Origin: Escherichia coli
GTDB taxonomy: Bacteria > Pseudomonadota > Gammaproteobacteria > Enterobacterales > Enterobacteriaceae
Direction: 5' to 3' (one strand)
Length of the DNA: 64,000 nucleotides
NCBI RefSeq assembly: GCF_046105845.1
Contig: NZ_CP151004.1
Below, piece by piece: positions 48,462-59,134 of this stretch. The notes below the pieces were generated by a model that was given only the letters and a program-made list of their open reading frames with translations, had not been told where the DNA came from and did no database searches. Position numbers and translations under genes: made by a program. Position 1 is the stretch's first letter. Every line of letters starts with the position of its first letter.

Positions 48462-49373
48462 TCATACTGGTAACGCTAGTTGCTTTTTTTTAAACGCCTC
48501 AATGGTCGATTTATATTTCTCGCAAATCTTTTCTTCGGTAATATCACTATCTGCGGCCAGATTCGCACTTACTATCGCATCCACTTGTTCGGCTAATTCG
48601 ACTTGTTGGCAACCTGCATTAACCAGAAAATTATAAATAAGAGAGTAATCTTCATCCTCCAAAACAACAGAGGAACCATTACGAAAACGTTCATCCCCTC
48701 CATAGATTTTAAGCGCAAAGCCCAAAGATTCTATGACTATGGCAAAATTATCATCAATTATTTTTTCGTAAATATACCATCCATCGCATTCTTTAATTCC
48801 ACCTCCTGGAATTTGGAGGTCAAATTTACCCCGTTTTAATTTACTTACTATATCATCCAATACAGCATAACCTAAAGACACGTCACCAAACGCCTGGCGA
48901 ATATAACCTTTAATCCTTTCCGGTATGTCAGACTGTTTTTTCTGCAAAATATCCCAGGCATACAATCTTCTGTTTTGTTCTAACGGAAACTCGCGGTTTT
49001 TGAAATCCATGAATGAGTTATACTCATTTATTGTTATGGGAATTTCTTCGTATTCAAATCCACTGCCTCGCAATGTCATTATATATTCGGCACCGTTATC
49101 TTTAAGGCTGAAACTGATAAGAAACTTATCCATGGTGTTAACAGTTTCATTTTTTGATGAAAGTACCTGATAACTATTTTTATCAATCTGAGTTGCGCAA
49201 CGAAAGAACTCCCGCAAAGTTAACAGGCTATCATAATTTGAAATCCAATCTTTTTTATTAAATGCATGCTGGATATTGTTAAAAAAATTGTTTGAATGTG
49301 TTTTTGTATGCGATGATTTTATAAATAACTCCACCGCACCAATAAAATTATTGTGTCTGATCCTGGGTAACAT
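48462..49373 (-). CDS. ytfI: uncharacterized AT-rich protein YtfI
   Basis: 303-aa ORF, low GC, no recognisable motifs. Confidence 0.8.
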   Translation of the reverse strand: MLPRIRHNNFIGAVELFIKSSHTKTHSNNFFNNIQHAFNKKDWISNYDSLLTLREFFRCATQIDKNSYQVLSSKNETVNTMDKFLISFSLKDNGAEYIMTLRGSGFEYEEIPITINEYNSFMDFKNREFPLEQNRRLYAWDILQKKQSDIPERIKGYIRQAFGDVSLGYAVLDDIVSKLKRGKFDLQIPGGGIKECDGWYIYEKIIDDNFAIVIESLGFALKIYGGDERFRNGSSVVLEDEDYSLIYNFLVNAGCQQVELAEQVDAIVSANLAADSDITEEKICEKYKSTIEAFKKKQLALPV

Positions 49374-49584
49374 ATGGCTACCTTATTTTATTTGGTTATT
49401 TTATGTCGCCATTAAATATCTCATTATAGAAGTAAACTATCAAAAAACGCTCATTATTAAAATGTAACTTATTAGCAATTGAATTTTTGCACTTTAAATA
49501 CAATCTCTTTTTATTTATAACTTTTTAGGTTGGGAGAAATCAGGATGGCAGAATCAGGAAATACACTGTTTCTGCCATCTGAAT

Positions 49585-50325
49585 TTAGTAAATAGACACT
49601 CTGAATCCCGGATTCAGGAACGACTCGCGCGGAGTGTAATCCAGCGGTTTACCCTGCCAGTCGTGAACGTGCGCTCCGGCAGCTGCGGCCACAGCATGTC
49701 CAGCGGCGGTGTCCCAAATATTCGTTGGTCCGAAGCGCGGGTACAGCTGCGCCTGTCCTTCCGCCACCAGGCAGAATTTCAGCGAAGAGCCGATGGACGT
49801 GGTCTGATGTTCGCCAAGCTGTTGCAGATACTCTTTCAGCTCCGCATCTGCATGGGAACGGCTGATAACCACCAGCGGCGGGCGCGCATCGCGGACCTGA
49901 ATCTGCTTGCGCACACCGCACTCTTCTTTCCAGGCTTTGCCTTCTGCCGCGCTGTACATTACGTTCATTACCGGCGCATACACCACACCTAAAATCGGTT
50001 TTCCATGGTCAATGAGCGCAATGTTAACGGTGAATTCGCCATTACGTTTAATAAACTCTTTAGTACCATCCAGTGGGTCTACCAGCCAGTAACGCTGCCA
50101 GTGCTGACGGACTTCCCAACCGGGAGGATCTTCTTCAGAAAGGACCGGAATATCCGGTGTCAGCGTACGTAAACCGTCCATAATAACGGTGTGAGCGGCA
50201 ATATCCGCTGCCGTTACCGGAGAATTGTCCGCTTTGCTGACGACGTCCATCGGTTTCGTCCCGTCGTAGACCTGCATAATGGCATCGCCTGCATTCCGTG
50301 CAAGCTGGCATACTTGATCTAACAT
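49585..50325 (-). CDS. cysQ: 3'(2'),5'-bisphosphate nucleotidase CysQ
   Basis: 246-aa ORF with inositol monophosphatase-family motifs (DPLDGT, WDTAAG). Confidence 0.95.
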   Translation of the reverse strand: MLDQVCQLARNAGDAIMQVYDGTKPMDVVSKADNSPVTAADIAAHTVIMDGLRTLTPDIPVLSEEDPPGWEVRQHWQRYWLVDPLDGTKEFIKRNGEFTVNIALIDHGKPILGVVYAPVMNVMYSAAEGKAWKEECGVRKQIQVRDARPPLVVISRSHADAELKEYLQQLGEHQTTSIGSSLKFCLVAEGQAQLYPRFGPTNIWDTAAGHAVAAAAGAHVHDWQGKPLDYTPRESFLNPGFRVSIY

Positions 50326-50514
50326 TTCTCCACCTCGTCTCTGTGAGCGGTGTTAACTTATTGTTTTACTTATACCCTATCGTTAATGAATGCGCCAACT
50401 GTGATAGTGTCATCATTTTCAAAGCGTAAAATTGTGGCATTCTTCACTGTTCTATAAGTAAGACGTTTATTCTCCCTTTTCTTTCGTATTCCCGATGATA
50501 AAAGGATGTCCCTG

Positions 50515-52458
50515 ATGATTAAGTTTAGCGCAACGCTCCTGGCCACGCTGATTGCCGCCAGTGTGAATGCAGCGACGGTCGATCTGCGTATCATGGAAAC
50601 CACTGATCTGCATAGCAACATGATGGATTTCGATTATTACAAAGACACCGCCACGGAAAAATTCGGACTGGTACGTACCGCAAGCCTGATTAACGATGCC
50701 CGCAATGAAGTGAAAAACAGCGTACTGGTCGATAACGGCGATTTGATTCAGGGGAGTCCGCTGGCCGATTACATGTCGGCGAAAGGTTTAAAAGCAGGTG
50801 ATATTCACCCGGTCTATAAGGCATTAAATACGCTGGACTATACCGTCGGCACGCTTGGCAACCACGAGTTTAACTACGGTCTGGATTACCTGAAAAATGC
50901 GCTGGCGGGAGCGAAATTCCCTTATGTAAATGCCAACGTCATTGACGCCAGAACCAAACAGCCAATGTTTACACCGTATTTAATTAAAGACACCGAAGTG
51001 GTCGATAAAGACGGAAAAAAACAGACGCTGAAGATTGGCTATATTGGCGTCGTGCCGCCGCAAATCATGGGCTGGGATAAAGCTAATTTATCCGGGAAAG
51101 TGACGGTGAATGATATTACCGAAACCGTGCGCAAATACGTGCCTGAAATGCGCGAGAAAGGTGCCGATGTTGTTGTCGTTCTGGCGCATTCCGGGCTGTC
51201 TGCCGATCCGTATAAAGTGATGGCGGAAAACTCAGTTTATTACCTCAGTGAAATTCCGGGTGTTAACGCCATTATGTTTGGTCATGCTCACGCCGTTTTC
51301 CCGGGTAAAGATTTTGCTGATATCGAAGGGGCTGATATCGCCAAAGGCACGCTGAATGGTGTTCCGGCGGTAATGCCGGGCATGTGGGGCGATCATCTTG
51401 GTGTGGTCGACTTACAACTCAGTAATGACAGCGGTAAATGGCAGGTGACGCAGGCGAAAGCGGAAGCAAGACCGATTTACGACATCGCTAATAAAAAATC
51501 CCTCGCGGCGGAAGACAGCAAGCTGGTAGAAACACTCAAAGCCGATCACGATGCCACACGCCAGTTCGTCAGCAAGCCAATCGGTAAATCCGCCGACAAT
51601 ATGTATAGCTATCTGGCGCTAGTGCAAGACGATCCGACCGTGCAGGTGGTGAACAACGCGCAAAAAGCGTATGTCGAGCATTACATTCAGGGCGATCCGG
51701 ATCTGGCAAAACTGCCGGTGCTTTCAGCTGCCGCACCGTTTAAAGTTGGTGGTCGCAAAAATGACCCGGCAAGCTATGTGGAGGTGGAAAAAGGCCAGTT
51801 GACCTTCCGTAATGCCGCCGATCTTTATCTCTACCCCAATACGCTGATTGTGGTGAAAGCCAGCGGTAAAGAGGTGAAAGAGTGGCTGGAGTGCTCTGCC
51901 GGACAGTTTAACCAGATTGATCCTAACAGCACGAAACCACAGTCACTCATTAACTGGGATGGTTTCCGCACTTATAACTTTGATGTGATTGATGGTGTGA
52001 ATTATCAGATTGATGTTACCCAGCCCGCCCGTTATGACGGCGAGTGCCAGATGATTAATGCCAATGCGGAAAGGATTAAGAACCTGACCTTTAACGGCAA
52101 GCCGATTGATCCGAACGCCATGTTCCTCGTTGCCACCAATAACTATCGCGCTTACGGCGGCAAATTTGCCGGTACGGGCGACAGCCATATCGCTTTTGCT
52201 TCACCGGATGAGAACCGCTCGGTGCTGGCAGCGTGGATTGCTGATGAGTCGAAACGTGCGGGGGAAATTCACCCGGCGGCAGATAACAACTGGCGTTTAG
52301 CACCGATTGCTGGCGATAAGAAACTGGATATCCGTTTCGAAACCTCTCCGTCAGATAAAGCCGCAGCGTTTATTAAAGAGAAAGGGCAATACCCGATGAA
52401 TAAAGTCGCGACCGATGATATCGGGTTTGCGATTTATCAGGTGGATTTGAGTAAGTAA
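50515..52458 (+). CDS. cpdB: 2',3'-cyclic-nucleotide 2'-phosphodiesterase / 3'-nucleotidase CpdB
   Basis: 647-aa form from ATG 50515 ([19 protein letters not shown] signal peptide), calcineurin-like phosphoesterase and 5'-nucleotidase C domains; ATG 50506 is an alternative start. Confidence 0.95.
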
Positions 52459-52469
52459 TACACTTCTTT

Positions 52470-52585
52470 TTCGGCCTATAAATCATCAACCGCATCCGGC
52501 ACTTTTGTCGGATGCGATGCTGGCGCATCTTATCCGTTCTACAAGCCATGCACCGTTGGCCGGATAAGCGCAGCGCATCCGGCAG
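52470..52585. repeat. REP-like palindromic elements downstream of cpdB
   Basis: ccgcatccggcacttttgtcggatgcg and ggccggataagcgcagcgcatccggcag. Confidence 0.55.
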
Positions 52586-52966
52586 TTATGCCGCACGTTC
52601 ATCCCGCACCGCTAACACCTCGGGCAAATTCAGCTCAATCCAGTCCGCCAGTGCAGCAACCTTTTCGCTCACCTGCTCGCCCAGCGGCGTGAGGCTATAT
52701 TCCACATGCGGCGGCACCACCGGATACGCGATACGGTTAAGAAAACCATCCTGCTCTAGCGCCTGTAACGACTGCGCAAGCATCTTTTCACTTACCCCGC
52801 CGATTTTGCGCCGCAGGTCGCTAAAGCGATGAGTACCTTCGCGTAGCGCCACCAGAATCAACACCCCCCAACGGCTGGTGACGTGTTTCAAAACCTCGCG
52901 CGACGGACACTGTTCAGCGAAGAGATTTCCCTCTTTCAGTTGTTGCGACAGGCTAACCTGACTCAT
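52586..52966 (-). CDS. ytfH: HxlR-type transcriptional regulator YtfH
   Basis: 126-aa form from ATG 52964-52966 (MSQVSLSQQLKEGNLFAEQCPSREVLKHVTSRWG...). Confidence 0.85.
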   Translation of the reverse strand: MSQVSLSQQLKEGNLFAEQCPSREVLKHVTSRWGVLILVALREGTHRFSDLRRKIGGVSEKMLAQSLQALEQDGFLNRIAYPVVPPHVEYSLTPLGEQVSEKVAALADWIELNLPEVLAVRDERAA

Positions 52967-52989
52967 CTCATACTTACCTTTTTGTACGT

Positions 52990-53006
52990 ACTTACTAAAA
53001 GTAAGT
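52990..53006. promoter_or_regulatory. palindromic candidate operator in the ytfH-qorB divergent promoter
   Basis: ACTTAC-taaaa-GTAAGT perfect 6-bp inverted repeat between the two starts. Confidence 0.45.
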
Positions 53007-53054
53007 TTAGGTGTTAGCGTATTTAAACACAAGACAAAACGATGGAGACTTCCT

Positions 53055-53915
53055 ATGATCGCAATTACTGGTGCCACTGGCCAACTTGGTCACTATGTTA
53101 TTGAATCCTTGATGAAAACGGTTCCTGCCAGCCAAATAGTGGCTATCGTTCGTAATCCGGCAAAAGCCCAGGCCCTGGCAGCACAAGGCATTACCGTGCG
53201 TCAGGCTGACTACGGCGATGAAGCCGCACTGACATCTGCACTACAGGGAGTGGAAAAACTACTGCTGATCTCTTCCAGCGAAGTGGGTCAACGTGCCCCG
53301 CAGCATCGTAATGTTATTAATGCCGCAAAGGCGGCTGGCGTGAAATTTATCGCTTATACCAGCCTGCTACATGCAGATACCTCCCCGCTCGGCCTCGCCG
53401 ATGAGCACATCGAGACGGAGAAAATGCTGGCTGATTCTGGCATCGTTTACACCCTGCTGCGCAACGGCTGGTACAGCGAAAACTACCTCGCCAGCGCCCC
53501 GGCAGCACTGGAACACGGCGTATTTATCGGTGCCGCGGGCGATGGCAAAATTGCCTCGGCAACGCGGGCAGATTATGCGGCAGCTGCGGCGCTCGTGATT
53601 AGCGAAGCCGGTCACGAAGGCAAGGTTTACGAGCTGGCGGGCGATAGTGCCTGGACGCTGACACAGTTAGTGGCAGAGCTGACCAAACAGAGCGGAAAAT
53701 CGGTTACCTATCAAAATCTGAGCGAAACCGATTTCGCTGCGGCGCTGAAAAGCGTTGGCCTGCCTGACGGACTGGCGGATATGCTGGCGGATTCTGACGT
53801 TGGCGCATCGAAAGGCGGTCTGTTTGATGACAGCAAAACGCTGAGCAAATTGATTGGCCGCCCAACGACAACGTTAGCCGAAAGCGTAAGCCATCTTTTT
53901 AATGTTAATAACTAG
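53055..53915 (+). CDS. qorB: NAD(P)H:quinone oxidoreductase QorB (YtfG)
   Basis: 286-aa NmrA-like ORF with MIAITGATGQLG Rossmann motif. Confidence 0.92.
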   Translation: MIAITGATGQLGHYVIESLMKTVPASQIVAIVRNPAKAQALAAQGITVRQADYGDEAALTSALQGVEKLLLISSSEVGQRAPQHRNVINAAKAAGVKFIAYTSLLHADTSPLGLADEHIETEKMLADSGIVYTLLRNGWYSENYLASAPAALEHGVFIGAAGDGKIASATRADYAAAAALVISEAGHEGKVYELAGDSAWTLTQLVAELTKQSGKSVTYQNLSETDFAAALKSVGLPDGLADMLADSDVGASKGGLFDDSKTLSKLIGRPTTTLAESVSHLFNVNN

Positions 53916-54013
53916 TTAATTAAAGTGGCATCCTCCCGTATCCTCTCTGATAATGACGGGATGCGGGGAGCAATCATGTCTGCTTCCTGAACTTTCTTCT
54001 GACAGACCAATGG

Positions 54014-54988
54014 ATGCCAGTAATGATTAGCGGCGTGCTGTACGCCCTGTTAGCAGGGTTGATGTGGGGGCTTATTTTTGTCGGGCCGTTGATCGTGCCG
54101 GAATACCCGGCGATGTTGCAGTCGATGGGGCGTTATCTGGCGTTAGGGTTAATTGCGCTGCCCATTGCCTGGCTGGGACGCGTGCGTCTGCGTCAGTTGG
54201 CGCGTCGCGACTGGCTTACCGCCTTGATGCTCACCATGATGGGCAACCTCATCTATTACTTCTGCCTTGCCAGTGCCATTCAACGTACTGGCGCGCCTGT
54301 TTCCACGATGATTATTGGCACCCTGCCGGTGGTGATTCCCGTTTTTGCCAATCTGCTTTATAGCCAGCGCGACGGCAAACTCGCGTGGGGAAAACTCGCC
54401 CCGGCACTGATTTGTATTGGCATCGGCCTGGCGAGTGTGAATATTGCTGAGTTAAACCACGGACTCCCCGATTTTGACTGGGCACGTTATACCTCTGGCA
54501 TCGTGCTGGCGTTAGTTTCCGTGGTCTGCTGGGCATGGTATGCCCTGCGCAACGCCCGCTGGCTGCGGGAAAATCCCGACAAACATCCGATGATGTGGGC
54601 GACGGCGCAGGCGCTGGTCACGCTGCCGGTTTCGCTTATCGGCTATCTCGTCGCTTGTTACTGGCTGAATACGCAAACGCCGGACTTCTCCCTACCTTTT
54701 GGCCCCCGTCCGCTTGTATTTGTTAGCCTGATGATTGCGATAGCTGTGCTTTGCTCATGGGTCGGCGCACTTTGCTGGAACGTCGCCAGCCAGCGATTAC
54801 CAACGGTGATTCTCGGGCCACTGATTGTCTTCGAAACGCTGGCAGGTTTGCTGTACACCTTTTTGTTACGCCAGCAAATGCCGCCACTAATGACGCTGAG
54901 CGGTATCGCACTGTTAGTGGTTGGCGTGGTCATTGCGGTCAGAGCAAAACCAGAAAAACCTTTAACTGAATCTGTTTCAGAAAGTTGA
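54014..54988 (+). CDS. ytfF: inner membrane transporter YtfF (EamA/DMT family)
   Basis: 324-aa ten-helix-type hydrophobic ORF; an alternative ATG at 54023 is possible. Confidence 0.85.
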   Translation: MPVMISGVLYALLAGLMWGLIFVGPLIVPEYPAMLQSMGRYLALGLIALPIAWLGRVRLRQLARRDWLTALMLTMMGNLIYYFCLASAIQRTGAPVSTMIIGTLPVVIPVFANLLYSQRDGKLAWGKLAPALICIGIGLASVNIAELNHGLPDFDWARYTSGIVLALVSVVCWAWYALRNARWLRENPDKHPMMWATAQALVTLPVSLIGYLVACYWLNTQTPDFSLPFGPRPLVFVSLMIAIAVLCSWVGALCWNVASQRLPTVILGPLIVFETLAGLLYTFLLRQQMPPLMTLSGIALLVVGVVIAVRAKPEKPLTESVSES

Positions 54989-55046
54989 CACGCTGGCAGT
55001 GAGTTAAATAAGCCTCTGCTACGTAAGGGTTATAGCTTTTGCCTTA

Positions 55047-55069
55047 AAGGTGCATTTAAAATGAATCTT
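55047..55069 (+). promoter_or_regulatory. NsrR-type operator upstream of ytfE
   Basis: AAGGTGCATTT-a-AAATGAATCTT: 11-bp inverted half-sites resembling the NsrR consensus (AAGATGCATTT), about 30 bp upstream of ytfE. Confidence 0.5.
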
Positions 55070-55095
55070 ATCTTATTAAGAATGAGGTATCAGCT

Positions 55096-55758
55096 ATGGC
55101 TTATCGCGACCAACCTTTAGGTGAACTGGCGCTCTCTATTCCTCGCGCTTCGGCTCTGTTTCGTAAATATGATATGGATTACTGCTGCGGCGGTAAGCAA
55201 ACGCTGGCGCGTGCGGCGGCACGTAAAGAACTGGATGTTGAGGTCATTGAAGCTGAGCTGGCAAAGCTTGCTGAACAACCGATTGAGAAAGACTGGCGTA
55301 GCGCCCCGCTGGCAGAAATCATCGACCATATCATCGTGCGCTACCACGATCGTCACCGCGAGCAACTGCCGGAGCTGATCCTGCAAGCGACTAAAGTCGA
55401 ACGCGTTCACGCCGACAAACCGAGCGTTCCAAAAGGGCTGACAAAATACCTGACTATGCTGCATGAAGAGCTTTCCAGCCACATGATGAAAGAAGAGCAG
55501 ATCCTCTTCCCGATGATCAAACAAGGCATGGGCAGCCAGGCAATGGGGCCAATCAGCGTAATGGAAAGCGAGCACGATGAAGCGGGTGAACTGCTGGAAG
55601 TAATCAAACACACTACCAATAACGTCACACCGCCGCCGGAAGCCTGCACCACCTGGAAAGCGATGTATAACGGCATTAATGAACTGATTGATGACCTGAT
55701 GGAGCACATCAGTCTGGAAAACAATGTGCTGTTTCCGCGCGCACTGGCGGGTGAGTGA
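55096..55758 (+). CDS. ytfE: iron-sulfur cluster repair di-iron protein YtfE (RIC)
   Basis: 220-aa ORF with ScdA_N domain (DMDYCCGG) and hemerythrin-like histidines. Confidence 0.95.
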   Translation: MAYRDQPLGELALSIPRASALFRKYDMDYCCGGKQTLARAAARKELDVEVIEAELAKLAEQPIEKDWRSAPLAEIIDHIIVRYHDRHREQLPELILQATKVERVHADKPSVPKGLTKYLTMLHEELSSHMMKEEQILFPMIKQGMGSQAMGPISVMESEHDEAGELLEVIKHTTNNVTPPPEACTTWKAMYNGINELIDDLMEHISLENNVLFPRALAGE

Positions 55759-55765
55759 TCTAAAA

Positions 55766-55790
55766 GCTGGATGGCATTGCGCCATCCAGC
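55766..55790. terminator. bidirectional terminator hairpin between convergent ytfE and cycA
   Basis: gctggatggcattgcgccatccagc perfect inverted repeat between the two stops. Confidence 0.7.
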
Positions 55791-55802
55791 ATGATAATGC
55801 GG

Positions 55803-57215
55803 TTATTTCCGCAGTTCAGCAGCCCGCTTCTTACCAATAAACAACCAGCCCAGCCCCAGAGCGATAAACCACAGCGGGGTAACCAGCAGCGCCTGGCGGG
55901 TATCATCTTCCAGTGTCAGCAGCACGACCACGAACACAAAGAATGCCATACATACCCAGCACATCAGCTTGCCGAGCGGCATCTTGTAGATTGATTTCTC
56001 ATGCAGGTGCGGACGCTGTTTGCGATACACCAGGTACGAGCAAAGGATAATCGTCCAGACGAACATAAACAGAATCGCGGAAACGGTTGTAATCATCGTG
56101 AACGCGCCAATCACGCTGGGATTCACATACAACATCACCACGCCGCCGAGCAGGCAGATGCAGGAGAAGGTCAGCCCTTTCGCGGGTACTGCGCGCTTAG
56201 AGAGTTTAGCGAACGCTTTCGGTGCCACACCTTCCTGCGCCAGACCAAACAGCATACGACTGGTAGAGAAGACGCCGCTGTTAGCGGAAGACGCCGCAGA
56301 GGTCAGCACCACAAAGTTGATCACGCTGGCAGCCGCAGGCAAACCTACCAACACAAACAGCTCAACGAACGGGCTTTTCTCCGGGACTACCGAACTCCAC
56401 GGCGTCACGGACATAATCACAATCAGCGCGAAGACGTAGAACATAATGATACGGATCGGAATGGAGTTAATCGCGCGTGGCAGTGATTTCTCTGGATCTT
56501 TGGTTTCCGCAGCTGTTGTACCTACCAGCTCAATCCCTACGAAAGCGAAAACCGCTATCTGGAATCCGGCAAAGAAGCCACTTAAACCTTTCGGGAACCA
56601 GCCGCCATCATTCCACAAATGCGCGAATGACGCTTCCACACCGGTCGGTGACTGAAAGTGCATCGCCACCATGACCAGGCCGACGACAATCAGCGACACA
56701 ATGGCGACGATTTTGATCATCGCAAACCAGAACTCCATCTCACCGAACATTTTCACGGTGGCGAGGTTGAGCGTCAGCAGCAGCACTATCACCGCCAGCG
56801 AGGCGACCCAGTCGGAGAGCTCGGGGAACCAGAACTGAGCATAAGCCGTGATCGCCACCACGTCTGCCATACCGGTTACAACCCAGCAGAACCAGTAAGT
56901 CCAGCCGGTGAAATATCCTGCCCACGGCCCGAGTAAATCGGAAGCGAAGTCACTAAAAGATTTGTATTCCAGATTCGAAAGCAGCAATTCCCCCATTGCC
57001 CGCATCACGAAAAAGAGCATAAAACCGATGATCATATAAACGAAAATGATCGACGGCCCGGCAAGGCTAATCGTTTTGCCGGACCCCATAAACAACCCCG
57101 TACCAATGGCACCGCCAATGGCAATAAGCTGAATATGTCGGTTTGTGAGATTGCGCCGTAGCGACTGTTCAGCCGGAGCCTGATCATCGGCAACGACTTT
57201 TACCTGATCTACCAT
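55803..57215 (-). CDS. cycA: D-serine/D-alanine/glycine:H+ symporter CycA (APC family)
   Basis: 470-aa 12-TM amino-acid permease ORF. Confidence 0.95.
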   Translation of the reverse strand: MVDQVKVVADDQAPAEQSLRRNLTNRHIQLIAIGGAIGTGLFMGSGKTISLAGPSIIFVYMIIGFMLFFVMRAMGELLLSNLEYKSFSDFASDLLGPWAGYFTGWTYWFCWVVTGMADVVAITAYAQFWFPELSDWVASLAVIVLLLTLNLATVKMFGEMEFWFAMIKIVAIVSLIVVGLVMVAMHFQSPTGVEASFAHLWNDGGWFPKGLSGFFAGFQIAVFAFVGIELVGTTAAETKDPEKSLPRAINSIPIRIIMFYVFALIVIMSVTPWSSVVPEKSPFVELFVLVGLPAAASVINFVVLTSAASSANSGVFSTSRMLFGLAQEGVAPKAFAKLSKRAVPAKGLTFSCICLLGGVVMLYVNPSVIGAFTMITTVSAILFMFVWTIILCSYLVYRKQRPHLHEKSIYKMPLGKLMCWVCMAFFVFVVVLLTLEDDTRQALLVTPLWFIALGLGWLFIGKKRAAELRK

Positions 57216-57523
57216 GTTTTTTTCTTCCTGTACCTGTCTGTGTTGTTCAGGCTCTACGGCCTTTAGTCAGTCTATGATACGACGAATCTGTATCGGGACT
57301 CATCGATATTAGGTAACAATACGCGGGATGAATACTAAGATTTAGATCTAATGTTAATTTTATGTTTAAAGTGAGTGTCATATCACGGTGATAACGCGAA
57401 ACAGCTCACAAAAATACACGCTTACGCGGTCTTTGCAACACAAAATAGCGCCGTTTGGCAAACTGAAGGGGTTATTGCTGAATGCCTGCTCCCCTCTGGC
57501 TCGAGGGGAACAGAATGCGCTGC

Positions 57524-58144
57524 TTAGAGGATTTCCAGCAGTTCGACTTCAAACACCAGGGTGCTGAACGGAGGGATGGACGCGCCTGCGCCACGCTCGC
57601 CATATGCCAGTTCCTGCGGGATAGTCAGTTCCCATTTAGAACCTACCGGCATCAGAGTCAGTGCTTCAATCCAGCCAGGGATCACGCCGTTAACCGGGAA
57701 TTCAGCTGGCTCGCCGCGAGCAACGGAGCTGTCAAACACGGTGCCGTCGATCAGTTTTCCGGTGTAATGAACACGAACGCGGTCGGTACGTGCCGGAATT
57801 GCGCCTTCGCCCTGGTTGATCACGCGGAATTGCAGGCCAGATTCGGTGCTATTTACACCTTCTTTTTTGGCGTTTTCTTCCAGGTATTTCACACCTTCAG
57901 CAGCCATCGCCTGGAAACGCTGACGACGAACGGCATCGGCGCGTTCGTGGATTTCACGCAGCGCGCGGTGCACCACATCAACCGGAACAGCCGGATGTTT
58001 GCCTTCCAGCGCATCAGCAATGCCTGCAACCAGTGCTTCTGGCAGCAGCCCTTCCAGGCCAGATTCACTTAGTTGTTGCCCTACCTGCAAACCAATGCCG
58101 TAGCTTGCTTGCGCTTCGATGGTGTCAAAAGTTGGGGTGGTCAT
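57524..58144 (-). CDS. fklB: FKBP-type peptidyl-prolyl cis-trans isomerase FklB
   Basis: 206-aa form from ATG 58142-58144 ([18 protein letters not shown]...) with AGGAAA RBS; track ORF begins upstream. Confidence 0.95.
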
Positions 58145-58361
58145 CGTATTTCCTTTCTTAGGGTATAAAGTAGCGGGCAGCATATCAGCCACACTTCTTT
58201 GGGTAAAACTTTGTCGCGGGAATGATGACAAATCCCGGGGAAAAAGAAACAATAGCAATATCCCGTATGAATATAATAAAGGCGGGTTTACCACGGACAT
58301 CATAGCGTTAGCTTATTCATAGGCTATGATTGAGGAACAAGACGCGGAGCAGGAGGAAACC

Positions 58362-59000
58362 ATGCCCGGGCGCTTTGAACTAAAACCAACCCTGGAGAAA
58401 GTCTGGCACGCGCCGGACAATTTTCTCTTCATGGACCCGCTGCCGCCGATGCATCGTCGGGGGATCATTATTGCCGCCATTGTATTGGTGGTCGGATTTC
58501 TGCTTCCATCTGATGATACGCCCAACGCGCCGGTGGTGACGCGTGAAGCGCAGTTAGATATTCAGTCGCAATCACAACCACCGACAGAAGAACAGCTGCG
58601 GGCGCAATTAGTCACGCCACAAAATGATCCTGATCAGGTGGCTCCGGTCGCTCCAGAACCAATACAGGAAGGCCAGCCAGAAGAGCAGCCGCACCCCCCC
58701 CAAACGCAACCATTCCAGCCAGATAGCGGAATTGATAATCAATGGCGCTCTTACCGTGTCGAACCCGGTAAAACGATGGCACAGCTGTTCCGCGACCACG
58801 GGCTGCCCGCTACCGATGTCTATGCAATGGCGCAGGTAGAAGGCGCGGGTAAGCCGCTGAGTAATTTGCAAAACGGGCAGATGGTGAAAATCCGCCAGAA
58901 CGCCAGCGGCGTGGTGACGGGCTTAACCATTGATACGGGGAATAATCAACAGGTCCTGTTTACCCGTCAGCCGGATGGCAGTTTTATTCGCGCGCGGTAG
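58362..59000 (+). CDS. ytfB: cell division protein YtfB (OapA/LysM-like C-terminus)
   Basis: 212-aa form from ATG 58362 with AGGAGGA RBS ([21 protein letters not shown]...), TM segment and Pro/Gln-rich linker. Confidence 0.85.
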   Translation: MPGRFELKPTLEKVWHAPDNFLFMDPLPPMHRRGIIIAAIVLVVGFLLPSDDTPNAPVVTREAQLDIQSQSQPPTEEQLRAQLVTPQNDPDQVAPVAPEPIQEGQPEEQPHPPQTQPFQPDSGIDNQWRSYRVEPGKTMAQLFRDHGLPATDVYAMAQVEGAGKPLSNLQNGQMVKIRQNASGVVTGLTIDTGNNQQVLFTRQPDGSFIRAR

Positions 59001-59088
59001 ATGAAGGGTCAACCAGAAGCCAGCTAAGGAGCGTCTCTTTGATGACCTTACGTCTGGCTTCCAGTGCCTGGGGTGAAACCATACTGAT
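58984..59088 (-). pseudogene. ytfA: ytfA C-terminal fragment, separated from its N-terminal part by the IS insertion
   Basis: Minus-strand frame reads [38 protein letters not shown]; joins in frame to the N-terminal fragment at 60834-61055 if about 1745 bp are removed. Confidence 0.45.
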
Positions 59089-59100
59089 ATGTTGACATCC

Positions 59101-59122
59101 TCCACGCCCTGAAGGACGTGGA
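59101..59122. repeat. IS subterminal hairpin at the tnpB-proximal end
   Basis: tccacg-CCCTGAAGGA-cgtgga; partner hairpin ccccg-CCCTGAAGGA-cgggg at 60804-60823 with identical loop on the same strand. Confidence 0.6.
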
Positions 59123-59134
59123 TCCCTGCTACGT

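Noticed and set aside
57493-57510. Hairpin cccctctggctcgagggg near the fklB stop and the cycA upstream region.
   Set aside because: No adjacent U-tract on either strand; cannot be assigned as a terminator or regulatory element from sequence alone.
59041-59094. 17-codon plus-strand ORF ([17 protein letters not shown]) with an AAGGAG-like sequence upstream, between ytfB and the IS.
   Set aside because: It lies antisense within the reconstructed ytfA C-terminal fragment and runs into the IS end; most likely fortuitous.
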